From the sequence record OZ346201.1: DNA of 64,000 nucleotides. One strand, written 5' to 3'. Below, piece after piece: positions 45,967-54,032 of this stretch. Within the stretch, counting starts at the first letter, position 1, and the number at the start of each line of letters is the position of its first letter. The notes below the pieces were generated by a model, which saw only the letters and a list, made by a program, of their open reading frames with translations, was not told the origin of the DNA and made no database searches. Source of the DNA: a phage. The position numbers and the translations under genes were made by a program.

Positions 45967-46140
45967 GTACTCGATCTGTTTTTCATTTCAAAGACCTGAT
46001 TTTCTGAAAATTTTTCTCGATAAATTTCTTAGTACTCGATCTGTTTTTCATTTCAAAGACCTGATTTTCTGAAAATTTTTCTCGATAAATTTCTTAGTAC
46101 TCGATCTGTTTTTCGTTTTCTGAATCGGATTTTCTGGAAA
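45967..46140. repeat. tandem 65-bp direct repeats (two exact copies plus degenerate copies), iteron-like
   Basis: Unit GTACTCGATCTGTTTTTCATTTCAAAGACCTGATTTTCTGAAAATTTTTCTCGATAAATTTCTTA at 45967-46031 and 46032-46096, then diverged copies with GATTTTCTGG / AAATGGATTTT submotifs. Confidence 0.85.
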
Positions 46141-46321
46141 TCGTTCCAGCTCTCGACCTGAAATTTTTGGGGACGAAATCGATTTTTCGTTTTCAGAAAT
46201 GGATTTTTAAAATTTCTATATGGGAATATTTTATGGGATACTGTTTTATAGGAAATTGTTACGGAGGGTAATTAGCATGCTAATTAAATTTATTAAATGC
46301 GAGGAGTTCTCATTTAGAATT

Positions 46322-46535
46322 TTGAATGATAATCATTCTCGTTTGCAGAATAACGGGCAGGCCCGGTGATTGTCTCCCGGCCCCTACTGCCCCGGCTTGT
46401 TATTATAGTATCACACAGGACAAAGAAAGCAAGGATTTTTTGCATAAATTTTTAAATGATAATGATAACCGTTCTCATTTTATGCAGCGCCCATCCCCGG
46501 TGGTTGTCTCCCCCGTCACCGGTGCCTGCCGTCCT
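46322..46535 (+). other. two copies of a conserved GC-rich structured element (candidate RNA structure or protein-binding site)
   Basis: AATGATAAT..GCAG..GGGCAGGCCCGGTGATTGTCTCCCGGCCCC at 46322-46395 and a diverged copy at 46452-46535; nested hairpin GGGCAG..CCGG-loop-CCGG..CTGCCC; third copy inverted at 56134-56162. Confidence 0.45.
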
Positions 46536-46735
46536 TTCGATAGGTATATCGTGCCACCTGGCGGGGCCGCTGTCAACACTTTTCAAAAAATTTTTCTAAC
46601 CTGATGCGCTAACCGCTGCAACCTGGCGGGGTCAGCCTGGCAGGACCTAACTGACCGGGTAGGAGAGAATGAAGGCTTGTAAACCTGGTGGGCCTATGCT
46701 ACAGGATAGGTAACAATTGAAGAGGAGGTACAAAA

Positions 46736-46903
46736 ATGAAAGGTAATATGATCCCCCTAGAAAATGTAGCTATTAATGACGCTGAGGCTATCGCCCTGGT
46801 TGAAAAGGCTATGGCGGGAGCGTTGGAACATAAAGAAGAGTACGAAAAATGGTGGTTAACCTGGCGGGGGCGGCAGGTGGATTCTATCATAAAAATAATT
46901 TAA
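46736..46903 (+). CDS. hypothetical small protein (55 aa)
   Basis: ATG preceded by GAAGAGGAGG; below track length cut-off. Confidence 0.4.
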   Translation: MKGNMIPLENVAINDAEAIALVEKAMAGALEHKEEYEKWWLTWRGRQVDSIIKII

Positions 46904-46911
46904 AATAGTCG

Positions 46912-46939
46912 TTGACAACAAGGTTAATCATGGTATTAT
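46912..46939 (+). promoter_or_regulatory. sigma70-type promoter
   Basis: AAAATAGTCG-TTGACA-N16-TATTAT. Confidence 0.6.
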
Positions 46940-46989
46940 TACCCTACAAGGTGAACAACACCGCACTAACCAGTAAAGAGGATAAATTT

Positions 46990-47187
46990 ATGAACGCATA
47001 CGGGATCAAAGTACGTCGCAACACTCGCCAGGTGGTCACCAATCAAGTGATTTGCCGGGTGGATGTAACCATCAACAACGGGCAAGGCCTTTATAAATTT
47101 CGTCGCGGTCATAGCTATACCCTGCAACAGCTTAATCGTTGCGCCCTGACAAAAGGTCAGATCAACCATTGGTTTAATAAAAAATAA
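46990..47187 (+). CDS. hypothetical small basic protein
   Basis: ATG 46990 with AAGAGGA upstream; track start 46912 would overlap the promoter. Confidence 0.5.
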   Translation: MNAYGIKVRRNTRQVVTNQVICRVDVTINNGQGLYKFRRGHSYTLQQLNRCALTKGQINHWFNKK

Positions 47188-47190
47188 GTA

Positions 47191-47219
47191 TTGACATACA
47201 GTCCGACACCAAATACACT
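47191..47219 (+). promoter_or_regulatory. sigma70-type promoter
   Basis: TTGACA-N17-TACACT. Confidence 0.55.
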
Positions 47220-47251
47220 AAAAGCACAAAAGACACTAAGAGGATAAAATC

Positions 47252-47650
47252 ATGAAAACCACTACCTTTAATTTTGATAATGCAGACTTTTCTTTTTCTG
47301 ATGTCAAGAACTGCCGCCGTGATCGTGGATTTTACAAGGCTTATAATCTGGTGGGCCTGGACGATGACAATAATTTGCACGAAGTAGCTGAGATCCGGTA
47401 TTATGCCGCCGCCAGCGGTAACACTAACTACTGCGTTTTTTGGATACACGACAACAAGAACAATAAGTACGGTTATACTGGTGGCAAGGCGAGCGGTCAC
47501 GGTTACGATAAAGCTAATGCAGCACTTGAGAGCGCATTAAATGCTATGGGGATCACTGCCAACGGCTGGATCTATGAAGAAGAGTTTTTGTCGGCACTTG
47601 CTGACCACCTGGGCTATAAAAAGCACATTGTAACATGCGCCCACGAATAA
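47252..47650 (+). CDS. hypothetical protein
   Basis: 132-aa ORF, SD AAGAGGA. Confidence 0.55.
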   Translation: MKTTTFNFDNADFSFSDVKNCRRDRGFYKAYNLVGLDDDNNLHEVAEIRYYAAASGNTNYCVFWIHDNKNNKYGYTGGKASGHGYDKANAALESALNAMGITANGWIYEEEFLSALADHLGYKKHIVTCAHE

Positions 47651-47656
47651 AAATTG

Positions 47657-47684
47657 TTGACACGCTGCAAAATTCAAGTAAACT
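47657..47684 (+). promoter_or_regulatory. sigma70-type promoter
   Basis: TTGACA-N16-TAAACT. Confidence 0.55.
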
Positions 47685-47732
47685 AGTCACAAAAGGCGGG
47701 AATGTTTCCCGCCAACACAAAGGAAAAAGATC

Positions 47733-48137
47733 ATGAATAAGAACGTACGCCGCATCATGAACGAACTGGCAAACGATGAAAAAATTATTGACATGCATTT
47801 GATCAACATTTGCCGCCGTTGTGTAACATACAACAACCGCGCCGCAAAAGCGCGTGAGATGAACGCAAAAGGCACCTTAAAGCCATTCCAGGTGGTGGTA
47901 AAGGCCATTAAAGATGTAACTAATACGGCAAACCAGGTACAGGGGAACACCAACGAGAGTACCAATATTGATCCGGCTTACATCATGAAACGGATCCGGA
48001 CCTGCAAGAACAAAGAGCAAGTGTATAATGTCATAGACTGGTTGGATTCTATGGGCGATGTGGTGTACAATAGATTCTCGGCAGCTATTGAGATCCAGCT
48101 TGACAGGTTAGACGGTAAAGTACTTAAAACTTACTAA
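47733..48137 (+). CDS. hypothetical protein
   Basis: 134-aa ORF, SD AAGGAAA. Confidence 0.55.
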   Translation: MNKNVRRIMNELANDEKIIDMHLINICRRCVTYNNRAAKAREMNAKGTLKPFQVVVKAIKDVTNTANQVQGNTNESTNIDPAYIMKRIRTCKNKEQVYNVIDWLDSMGDVVYNRFSAAIEIQLDRLDGKVLKTY

Positions 48138-48138
48138 A

Positions 48139-48185
48139 TTTATTTTTAGATGGCCTTGACTCCAGGGCCATCAATAAAGTAAATT
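48139..48185 (+). repeat. repeated intergenic element, copy 1 (promoter-like hairpin)
   Basis: TTATTTTTAGATGGCCTTGACTCCAGGGCCATCAATAAAGTAAATT; stem ATGGCC/GGCCAT with TTGACT in loop. Confidence 0.8.
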
Positions 48186-48217
48186 AATCTCAGCTAAGCG
48201 AAAAAGGGGGCTTTAAG

Positions 48218-48337
48218 ATGAGCACTACACGCCAATACACAAAGGTAACTATTATCGCCTGCGTTGTCGGTTACATCCTGGCGCAAATGTTAATGAGTAG
48301 CGCTAACAGTTTTGCAAAATTTTTCTTAAATTTTTAA
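48218..48337 (+). CDS. small hydrophobic peptide (39 aa)
   Basis: ATG after AAAAGGGGG; single predicted TM segment. Confidence 0.35.
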   Translation: MSTTRQYTKVTIIACVVGYILAQMLMSSANSFAKFFLNF

Positions 48338-48365
48338 TTGACAAGCTAACTTAGATTGATATACT
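48338..48365 (+). promoter_or_regulatory. sigma70-type promoter
   Basis: TTGACA-N16-TATACT. Confidence 0.65.
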
Positions 48366-48416
48366 TAAACACGTAAACGGGAAAACTTCCCAGAACACAC
48401 AAAAGGAGAAAACACC

Positions 48417-48758
48417 ATGACTACTATGGCCGCCGCAGAAAAAGCTATTCAGATCGCCGCACTGAAAAAACAGATCGCAGACCTTGAGAACAAGATCGAT
48501 AACTTTGAAATCGACGAGGACAAGTACGACGAAAACTATGATGAATGGTTAGACGAGATCTACGGCGAAATTATGATCGGAAACATTTCTTTTCTTCCGT
48601 CGCGTATCCTCAAGGAGCTAGATCCTATCGCTTACCGCTGCGGATTTAGCGACTACATCGACAGCCTGGATATTGAGGACGATGAAGAATACCAGGAATT
48701 ACAGACAGAGTTAGAAGAAGCAAAAGAAGAGCTTGCAGAACTGGAAGAAAACGAGTAA
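48417..48758 (+). CDS. highly acidic coiled-coil protein (DNA-mimic candidate)
   Basis: 113 aa with dense Asp/Glu runs (..DIEDDEEYQELQTELEEAKEELAELEENE*). Confidence 0.55.
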   Translation: MTTMAAAEKAIQIAALKKQIADLENKIDNFEIDEDKYDENYDEWLDEIYGEIMIGNISFLPSRILKELDPIAYRCGFSDYIDSLDIEDDEEYQELQTELEEAKEELAELEENE

Positions 48759-48760
48759 GA

Positions 48761-48805
48761 TTATTTTTAGATGGCCTTGACTCCAGGGCCATCAATAAAG
48801 TAAAC
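48761..48805 (+). repeat. repeated intergenic element, copy 2
   Basis: Identical core to copy 1: TTATTTTTAGATGGCCTTGACTCCAGGGCCATCAATAAAGTAAA. Confidence 0.8.
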
Positions 48806-48847
48806 TTTATACTGTTAACACTGAACTAATGCATAGGAGTTAAAACC

Positions 48848-49093
48848 ATGGCAGCACTAATCACCAAATATTATGCCCCTACCAACACCAAAAGCGCCCG
48901 TATCATGGTAAAAGGCTTCGGACGTAAAAAGGTGTACACCTGGGATTATGCCTTAGACACGGAAGACAACTACACCAACGCGATGACCGATTTTATTAAT
49001 GATCTGAACACGCGGATCTTGACAAATTATAAAATTACCGATATTGCCTATATAGGGGAAGGCGGGATCTGTTTTGTCGGTATCGTCAAATAA
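48848..49093 (+). CDS. hypothetical small protein
   Basis: 81-aa ORF. Confidence 0.5.
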   Translation: MAALITKYYAPTNTKSARIMVKGFGRKKVYTWDYALDTEDNYTNAMTDFINDLNTRILTNYKITDIAYIGEGGICFVGIVK

Positions 49094-49140
49094 GCTGTTT
49101 TTTCGGTGGTCCTGGTAGCAGGGCCATCTATAAAGATAGT
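49094..49140 (+). repeat. repeated intergenic element, diverged copy
   Basis: ..GGTGGTCCTGGTAGCAGGGCCATCTATAAAGATAGTTTA.. keeps CAGGGCCATC-ATAAAG core. Confidence 0.5.
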
Positions 49141-49168
49141 TTATCAATACAATGAAAGGAGAAAGTAC

Positions 49169-49522
49169 ATGATCAGCGGGGCAAGTTTTATTATTGGCGC
49201 TATTGCTACGGCTTTAATTGTAAACAAGATCCAATCTAAAAACGAAAAAGATAGCAACGCCCTTACAGAATACCCGTTTTGGGTATTCAACGACAATGAA
49301 GACTATATTATCAAGTACAAGAATGAGAAGGGCGACCAGGTAACACCGCGACCGATCCCGGCTTACAAGATGCAAGAAACACTATACCGCCTAAAGGCTG
49401 GAGGCGCAAAAATCGTAGACTTTTGGGGATACGATCACACAGATCAGGAAGTTATAAAGCGCCGTATCCGGGCTATTCAGGCCAATATTGAAGTTAGCAA
49501 GGGGGGAATATATGAAGATTAA
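49169..49522 (+). CDS. membrane-anchored protein
   Basis: ATG 49169 with AAAGGAGAAAG upstream; N-terminal TM helix. Confidence 0.5.
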   Translation: MISGASFIIGAIATALIVNKIQSKNEKDSNALTEYPFWVFNDNEDYIIKYKNEKGDQVTPRPIPAYKMQETLYRLKAGGAKIVDFWGYDHTDQEVIKRRIRAIQANIEVSKGGIYED

Positions 49523-49709
49523 TTTTGAGAAGATTGTAAAGCGATCTCATGCTTCCGAAGAGCTGCCGGAACGCCGCCAGCGCAACAATAAACTGAATAA
49601 GCCAAAAAGATTTGGGAAGATCTGGCGGAATCATTATGATCGCAAATTACCGGGCCTGCTTTTGGAACGTGAACGACAGGCGGAACGATACCGCCACAAA
49701 GGCAAATAA
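49512..49709 (+). CDS. small basic protein
   Basis: 65 aa, Arg/Lys-rich; ATG 49512. Confidence 0.45.
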   Translation: MKINFEKIVKRSHASEELPERRQRNNKLNKPKRFGKIWRNHYDRKLPGLLLERERQAERYRHKGK

Positions 49710-49717
49710 CAACCAAC

Positions 49718-49745
49718 GCCCCGCCATTGTGCGGGGCTTTTTATT
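49718..49745 (+). terminator. rho-independent terminator
   Basis: GCCCCGC-CATTGT-GCGGGGC hairpin followed by TTTTTATTT. Confidence 0.85.
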
Positions 49746-49890
49746 TCTATCCTACGAATAGCGCCCCTGGTTGGCCCTGTAAGCGCCAAAAAGGCCCCAC
49801 CTATGCAATCGCCCACCTTTAACCTGAAAACATCGCTTAGGGCCGTTTTATGGCGTTAAAAATATCATTGACAGTGATTTTATTTAAAGC

Positions 49891-49918
49891 TTGACATCTT
49901 AAACAGGTTAGCTATACT
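49891..49918 (+). promoter_or_regulatory. sigma70-type promoter
   Basis: TTGACA-N16-TATACT; second TTGACA 23 nt upstream. Confidence 0.65.
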
Positions 49919-49952
49919 AACCACATCAAAGAGAGAGAAAGGAGTAAACGCC

Positions 49953-50213
49953 ATGCGTAAATTAAAAAATTTTGATAAAGTTGATGTTGTCCTGAATAAT
50001 TTTTACTACTGCAACAACAAGGCCATTTGGTGGCGTGATAGTTCCACCGATAAAGTCAAGGCGCGCTTTCTCCAGGGGCACTGGCAAGGCCGCCCAGTGA
50101 TTAAAATCATGGGGCAATTGGTAGCGTTTAAAAATTGCCGCCGTGTTGATGACGTTGAAGAGATCTTGAATATTTTACGCCACAATAATTTAAAAAATAG
50201 TGTTGACAAGTAA
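49953..50213 (+). CDS. hypothetical small protein
   Basis: 86 aa, SD AAAGGAG. Confidence 0.5.
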   Translation: MRKLKNFDKVDVVLNNFYYCNNKAIWWRDSSTDKVKARFLQGHWQGRPVIKIMGQLVAFKNCRRVDDVEEILNILRHNNLKNSVDK

Positions 50214-50230
50214 ATCTCAATAAGTATACT
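50203..50230 (+). promoter_or_regulatory. sigma70-type promoter
   Basis: AAAATAGTG-TTGACA-N16-TATACT; overlaps stop of upstream gene. Confidence 0.65.
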
Positions 50231-50287
50231 TAAGCACACAGGCGGGAAGTTTTCCCGCCACTAACAAAGAAAATAGGAGAAAATATC

Positions 50288-50911
50288 ATGACCACCGTTA
50301 ACATTACCACAGGTTGCAATTTATCTTTCGACGTGCTGACCGACGAACAAAAAGAAAAAGCTGTTGAAATGGTCCGCGAAAGAGAAGAACACAGCGGGGA
50401 TAACTTTTTTGCAGAAAGTGTAATTGAATACTATAAAGAATATGTTTTTCCAGAGTACGGGCTTGAAGATACCAAGGTACAGTGGTCCGGCTTTTGGTGT
50501 CAAGGCGACGGCGCATCAATTAGCGCTGAAAATGTAAACTTAGAAAAATTCTTGCGTAAGGTTAAAGCGCTTACAAAATTTCGCTCAATTAGACACTTGT
50601 TCGGCACAATGCACGATGGCGAACTATCAGCCAGCGTTGAACGTATCCCGTTTAGCCATTATCATCACGAAAACACAATAGGCGGGTGCATCGATACCAA
50701 CTGGCTAGACCTGACCACCAAGCAAGAGGATAAAATTGAAGAGCTGGAAGAGCTGATCACCGAGACGGTACGGGAGCTATCCCGCAAGGTTTACGTAGAC
50801 CTGGAGCAGGCCTATCTTGAACAATTCACTACCGAAAACCTGATCGGCCTTATCGAGGCCAATGATTGGCGGTTTGATGTGGATGAGTATGGCGAGATGA
50901 CTTTTTCATAA
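50288..50911 (+). CDS. acidic hypothetical protein
   Basis: 207 aa, Glu/Asp-rich, SD AGGAGA. Confidence 0.55.
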   Translation: MTTVNITTGCNLSFDVLTDEQKEKAVEMVREREEHSGDNFFAESVIEYYKEYVFPEYGLEDTKVQWSGFWCQGDGASISAENVNLEKFLRKVKALTKFRSIRHLFGTMHDGELSASVERIPFSHYHHENTIGGCIDTNWLDLTTKQEDKIEELEELITETVRELSRKVYVDLEQAYLEQFTTENLIGLIEANDWRFDVDEYGEMTFS

Positions 50912-50918
50912 ATAAAGT

Positions 50919-50946
50919 GTTGCAATAACCTAAAAACCTGCTATAT
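50919..50946 (+). promoter_or_regulatory. sigma70-type promoter (weaker -35)
   Basis: TTGCAA-N16-TATATT. Confidence 0.45.
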
Positions 50947-51000
50947 TAAAACTCAAGGGGCAAGACGTTTGCCCCCACACAAAACAAAGAGGAAAACATC

Positions 51001-51381
51001 ATGAAAAACACTACTAAAGCTATTGACACCGTTATGTTTAACCTGGTTACCTTTCGCGAGGATATGAAAGATCTTCCACGTGAAACAGTGTGCGATCACA
51101 TTGAAAACTATCGCAAACTAATCAAAGAGTTGCCTTTAAAACGTGACCAGTATGCGGCTAACGCCATGCTTAATGCCATGATCAAAAAGATGATTCAGTG
51201 TGATTTAACTCTGGCCTATGACTATGCGGGTGGTCGTTTTGCAGTATACAATCAGCCCGTGCCCGGTATGGGCACCACCGAAGAATTGCACGCGCTCAAT
51301 CTAAAACAAGACGTATGGGATAACATGCCCCGCGTGGTGGTGTGGGCAGAAAGCGGAAAGATTTACGGCGATAATTTTTAA
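51001..51381 (+). CDS. hypothetical protein
   Basis: 126-aa ORF, SD AAGAGGA. Confidence 0.55.
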   Translation: MKNTTKAIDTVMFNLVTFREDMKDLPRETVCDHIENYRKLIKELPLKRDQYAANAMLNAMIKKMIQCDLTLAYDYAGGRFAVYNQPVPGMGTTEELHALNLKQDVWDNMPRVVVWAESGKIYGDNF

Positions 51382-51390
51382 TCAGGTAAC

Positions 51391-51417
51391 AGGCGGCATA
51401 TTTGCCGCCTTATTGTT
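51391..51417 (+). terminator. hairpin terminator
   Basis: AGGCGGCA-TATT-TGCCGCCT followed by TATTGTT. Confidence 0.55.
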
Positions 51418-51445
51418 AAACAGAGTTGCAAAAGAGGTACATAGA

Positions 51446-51817
51446 ATGGAATTTATTATTTTGGCTGTAGTAGTTGCCTTGTTCAACGCCTGGATCGCTG
51501 GCAAGATGGGTAGATCCGCCTTTTTATGGTTTATTATATCTATTTTCCTGGGGGTGGTTGCAACTATTGTACTTGTTATCCTTGCAATTGTTGACAAGGG
51601 GAATAATAGAAAGGGTAAAGTATTTTCAGACCTGTACGACGCTCAAACGTTTGTCAACGCCTATTATAGTGATCTTCCAGTCTCCCTACGCTGCAGCCTG
51701 GCACAACAAGTTTTCGATGAGGCTAAAACCAGAGATCAAGCCCATGAGATATGTTTAACTGAGGCGGATCGCCTATTTGAGAGGAATAGAAAATATGTGG
51801 GCCAACCGTTTAAATAA
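51446..51817 (+). CDS. membrane protein (two predicted TM helices)
   Basis: MEFIILAVVVALFNAWIAG.. and FLWFIISIFLGVVATIVLVILAIV; ATG 51446 with AAGAGG upstream. Confidence 0.5.
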   Translation: MEFIILAVVVALFNAWIAGKMGRSAFLWFIISIFLGVVATIVLVILAIVDKGNNRKGKVFSDLYDAQTFVNAYYSDLPVSLRCSLAQQVFDEAKTRDQAHEICLTEADRLFERNRKYVGQPFK

Positions 51818-52040
51818 TGCCACGTTAATTAATCCCTTTAGTGAAGATTTGAAGCCAGCCGCCTGGCGTGATGGATTCAATAACGAACGCTTTATTTTCA
51901 AGCCTGATCTTGAGGAATTTTATAACAATGGATCGAACAACAGCGGAGATAATTTTTCTTGGGATGTGCGTGGTGATGGTACTCCTGGGGGCCATTGTAA
52001 ACCACGTCACTACTACCAGGAGGAAAGAGGGAGACGATGA
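51795..52040 (+). CDS. hypothetical small protein
   Basis: ATG 51795 with GAGAGGAA upstream; overlaps end of previous ORF. Confidence 0.4.
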   Translation: MWANRLNNATLINPFSEDLKPAAWRDGFNNERFIFKPDLEEFYNNGSNNSGDNFSWDVRGDGTPGGHCKPRHYYQEERGRR

Positions 52041-52156
52041 CAACCAAGGATAAGCCCCGTACCGATAAGGCGCGCCGGGTTATGGTATGGCTTGAGATCA
52101 TCGCCCTTGAAATATTGCTAGGCGTAGGGATGTACTTTATCGCTGTAAGTAACTAA
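52037..52156 (+). CDS. small hydrophobic peptide (39 aa)
   Basis: ATGA overlap with upstream ORF; C-terminal TM segment; followed by terminator. Confidence 0.35.
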   Translation: MTTKDKPRTDKARRVMVWLEIIALEILLGVGMYFIAVSN

Positions 52157-52160
52157 GAGC

Positions 52161-52188
52161 GGCCCCCGATCATGGGGGCCTATCTTTT
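52161..52188 (+). terminator. rho-independent terminator
   Basis: GGCCCCC-GATCAT-GGGGGCC followed by TATCTTTT. Confidence 0.75.
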
Positions 52189-52209
52189 AAAAAATTTTTC
52201 TTCCGGGGT

Positions 52210-52238
52210 GTTGCAATCCGGTCCGGAATGTGGATAAT
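52210..52238 (+). promoter_or_regulatory. sigma70-type promoter (weaker -35)
   Basis: TTGCAA-N16/17-GATAAT. Confidence 0.45.
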
Positions 52239-52294
52239 AACAATCAACGGGGAGCTAATCCCCACCACCACAAAAACCAGAAAGGAGAAACAAA

Positions 52295-52495
52295 ATGAGC
52301 AACAATATCCGCGTTATTAACTTCAAAAAAGAAGAAAAAATTGCCGTGCTGATTGACGGTCAAGAAATCTTCAAGGGCGACTATGAAGATCATCAAACGG
52401 CGATTAGTATCACTCGCGTGATTGGTTATCATAATTTCTACCCCCAAGGCGCTGAGGCAGCAGTTAAACGAATCAAAGAGATTGTAGGCCTGTAA
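52295..52495 (+). CDS. hypothetical small protein
   Basis: 66 aa, SD AAAGGAGAAA. Confidence 0.5.
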   Translation: MSNNIRVINFKKEEKIAVLIDGQEIFKGDYEDHQTAISITRVIGYHNFYPQGAEAAVKRIKEIVGL

Positions 52496-52548
52496 AATTT
52501 ATTTTTAGATGGCCTTGACTTCAGGGCCATCGATAAAGTAAATTTAAA
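52496..52548 (+). repeat. repeated intergenic element, copy 3
   Basis: AATTTATTTTTAGATGGCCTTGACTTCAGGGCCATCGATAAAGTAAATTT; two substitutions relative to copies 1 and 2. Confidence 0.8.
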
Positions 52549-52588
52549 CCCTGTTAAAATACCACGCAGTTAACAAGGAGTGATAGAC

Positions 52589-52888
52589 ATGTTTATCCAG
52601 GCTAATAATCTTTATTTCTTTGATGGTCAGATCGTAGATGGTGTGGAAGTGGAGATCACCGGGTGCCCTGGCGGTCAGGCTATGACTTTTCGGAATAATG
52701 CCTTTGATGATTCTCATATCGTTATGAGAATGGAAGTTACGAAGCTGGACGACAAGAAAACACTTATTGACTATTCTGTGAAAGATCATCCAGACTACCG
52801 CATGATCCATGGTGATTTGTGCATTGTTGACCGTGACAAGGTGGGCGGCATTGTGATCGCTATTGTGAACGATGTTTTCTCAAACTAA
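52589..52888 (+). CDS. hypothetical protein
   Basis: ATG 52589 with AAGGAG upstream. Confidence 0.5.
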   Translation: MFIQANNLYFFDGQIVDGVEVEITGCPGGQAMTFRNNAFDDSHIVMRMEVTKLDDKKTLIDYSVKDHPDYRMIHGDLCIVDRDKVGGIVIAIVNDVFSN

Positions 52889-52905
52889 TTTCAGCAGGCG
52901 ATTTT

Positions 52906-53256
52906 ATGAAAGTCAAACTATATTACCTTAATGAGCTTAACCCCCTTGCCCAGGTCCGCGCCCTAGCTAATACCTTGATTTGTGAGAAATCTGTATATTG
53001 TGTTGAGCTTAACGCCATGCGTGAACGTCTCAAAGGTGGTTACTTTGACATCCATGCTGCAATCAACGGCCTGAATATGGAATTTATACGCTTACGTAAC
53101 AGCCGCCGGAATCTGGCAAGAATGGAACAAGATCCGGCCCACCTTCGTAAGCTGGTTATTGAAAATCATCTGATGTTTAATGCCGAGGGTGATTATTACC
53201 ATTTTCACCGCAAACGCTGGTACCGTGGCGGCAATACAGGCAAGAATGCAAAATAA
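52906..53256 (+). CDS. hypothetical protein
   Basis: 116-aa ORF; followed by AGGCCC..GGGCCT hairpin and a strong terminator. Confidence 0.5.
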   Translation: MKVKLYYLNELNPLAQVRALANTLICEKSVYCVELNAMRERLKGGYFDIHAAINGLNMEFIRLRNSRRNLARMEQDPAHLRKLVIENHLMFNAEGDYYHFHRKRWYRGGNTGKNAK

Positions 53257-53291
53257 GGCCCCTAGCAGGGCCTGCAGCAATATAATCACAT

Positions 53292-53326
53292 AAAGGCCAT
53301 GCGGTTGCATGGCCTTTATTATTTTG
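53292..53326 (+). terminator. rho-independent terminator
   Basis: AAAGGCCATGC-GGTT-GCATGGCCTTT hairpin followed by ATTATTTT. Confidence 0.85.
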
Positions 53327-53373
53327 GCGTTACAACGGCATACGGGGCGCTTAAAAAATTTTTAAAGAAGTAC

Positions 53374-53401
53374 TTGCATCATTCCCGACAATATGGATAA
53401 T
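53374..53401 (+). promoter_or_regulatory. sigma70-type promoter (weaker)
   Basis: TTGCAT-N16-GATAAT. Confidence 0.4.
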
Positions 53402-53458
53402 AAGAGTTGTCGAGGGGGAGGCCCCCAATCGTTGACCAGATAGATAGGAGTTAAAATC

Positions 53459-53743
53459 ATGGCTATTGTTACCGCTGGCGATGTAGTAGAAATGGAAGCA
53501 AAATACTTAAAAGCGGGTATGCACATCCTACGGAATGATCAAGAGCTATTATTAACGATGGTTGACTATAATCACGGCCAGGATTATCCAAGCATCGACT
53601 ACTTTTTTGAGTATGTTGATGAAGAGTTGAAAGAGGATGAGGCCTATTGCGGTGAGTTCTGCAACTTCTTTTGTCCTGATGAGGTTGTAAAGGTTATTTA
53701 TCAACCTGGCGTAGCTTTCCCGCTGCACGCTATCAATAAATAA
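53459..53743 (+). CDS. hypothetical acidic small protein
   Basis: 94 aa; followed by ACCTGGCGGGGCC-GAAAA-GGCCCC hairpin. Confidence 0.5.
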   Translation: MAIVTAGDVVEMEAKYLKAGMHILRNDQELLLTMVDYNHGQDYPSIDYFFEYVDEELKEDEAYCGEFCNFFCPDEVVKVIYQPGVAFPLHAINK

Positions 53744-53798
53744 ACCTGGCGGGGCCGAAAAGGCCCCCAATTATGAAAATAAAGAGAGGCAAATCATC

Positions 53799-54032
53799 AT
53801 GATGGAACAAATTAAACGCGCCGAGGCTATTAATGGCAACGTGATCTATTTTGTCAGCAAAAACGAAAAAGGCGTACCATATGCGGCAGTAATAGTACAA
53901 CCTGACGGCGATTATTGGTTTACTGTGTACGGCGCTTATTCTTTTGGGCGTCCAGTGCATGATAAAATTTTGAAAGTAGCGAACCCTACCGGGAAGAATA
54001 TCACAGCAGAAAAATTTTTTGAAAATAGTTGA
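53799..54032 (+). CDS. hypothetical small protein
   Basis: 77 aa; stop codon TGA embedded in the -35 TTGACA of the next promoter. Confidence 0.5.
   Translation: MMEQIKRAEAINGNVIYFVSKNEKGVPYAAVIVQPDGDYWFTVYGAYSFGRPVHDKILKVANPTGKNITAEKFFENS

Noticed and set aside
45967-46140. Possibility that the 65-bp tandem repeats are a CRISPR array
   Set aside because: Units are directly adjacent with no unique spacers, are AT-rich and non-palindromic, and no cas genes are present.
46326-46604. Plus-strand ORF 46326..46604 and minus-strand ORF 55688..56212 as protein-coding genes
   Set aside because: Both read through GC-rich repeated structured motifs and share only the motif-derived peptide TGRPGDCLP; no start context; 55688..56212 is antisense to several plus-strand genes with good SD sequences.
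48139-48185. The repeated 45-bp element as a simple rho-independent terminator
   Set aside because: The GC stem is not followed by a T-tract on either strand; promoter-like hexamers inside it favour a different regulatory role.
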